A DNA stretch of 26,172 bases from Candidatus Aenigmatarchaeota archaeon (GTDB lineage: Archaea > Aenigmatarchaeota > Aenigmatarchaeia > CG10238-14 > SCSR01), in NCBI GenBank assembly GCA_039000165.1, contig JAWBTW010000010.1:1-26172 (forward strand), in the 5' to 3' direction. Position numbers and translations under genes: made by a program. The notes beneath the pieces are model-generated. The model was not told the origin of the DNA. It searched no databases and saw nothing but the letters and a program-made list of their open reading frames with translations. Shown here piece by piece: positions 25,969 through 26,172 of the stretch (position 1 is the first letter of the stretch; each line of letters starts with the position of its first letter).

Positions 25969-26172
25969 GAAGTTTCCTTAATACCGGGTCTTAAGATTAT
26001 AAGTTAAACCAGTTAAATTTTAAAAAAGGGGGAAACGCTTCAATTTTCATAATACGAACTATTTTATTTATTATCTTTAAAGGCAAAAATGGAATTTTCC
26101 CCGCTAGCAACATTCATCATATTTATGCATTAATACATAGTCTATGCCTTACAGAATTGAAATCTTCATAGG

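Larger units (their letters stand above)
20561..26172. mobile_element. Probable tRNA-Glu-integrated element (integrative plasmid or provirus), right end outside window
   Basis: tRNA directly followed by a tyrosine integrase, then an Orc1-like initiator, micro-ORFs, a nuclease-like protein and a HerA/FtsK-type ATPase; housekeeping genes stop here; no second att copy seen in the window. Confidence 0.8.

Noticed and set aside
25969..26172. Terminal intergenic region with GGGGGAAAC and a possible gene start at 26144 (MPYRIEIFI)
   Set aside because: No convincing ORB or att repeat; the ORF is cut after 9 codons and cannot be supported
1..26172. CRISPR array, rRNA, IS element or tRNA introns
   Set aside because: No regularly spaced repeats, rRNA-like tract, transposase or BHB intron seen

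Overview
AT-rich archaeal chromosome window. Archaeal markers are aRF1, rpl37e, rps8e, Lsm, archaeal-type ValRS and four intron-less tRNAs without encoded CCA; the compact layout and protein style suggest a DPANN lineage such as Aenigmarchaeota (inference only). Bases 1-20560 are mostly housekeeping: end of a MacB-type ABC exporter operon, a large Cys-rich surface protein lying between lsm and rpl37e, a tetraether-synthase-like radical SAM enzyme, TatD, an NDP-sugar synthase, aRF1, ValRS, a roadblock module, IMPase, NUDIX, DUF763 and Tmk. From tRNA-Glu (20561) to the window end lies the left part of a probable tRNA-integrated element: tyrosine integrase, a small protein resembling the MCM C-terminal winged helix, an Orc1/Cdc6 homolog with altered ATP-hydrolysis motifs, a lone PD-(D/E)xK-like protein, two micro-ORFs missing from the ORF track, and a compact HerA/FtsK-type ATPase. 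Main points of interest: aRF1 with GGMSQ instead of GGQ and NVKD instead of NIKS; the Orc1 plus MCM-wH-like pair in the element; a perfect 16-bp palindrome repeated in two promoter regions; a Tes homolog with an altered N-terminal metal site. All family calls come from motif recognition by eye, with no database searches.
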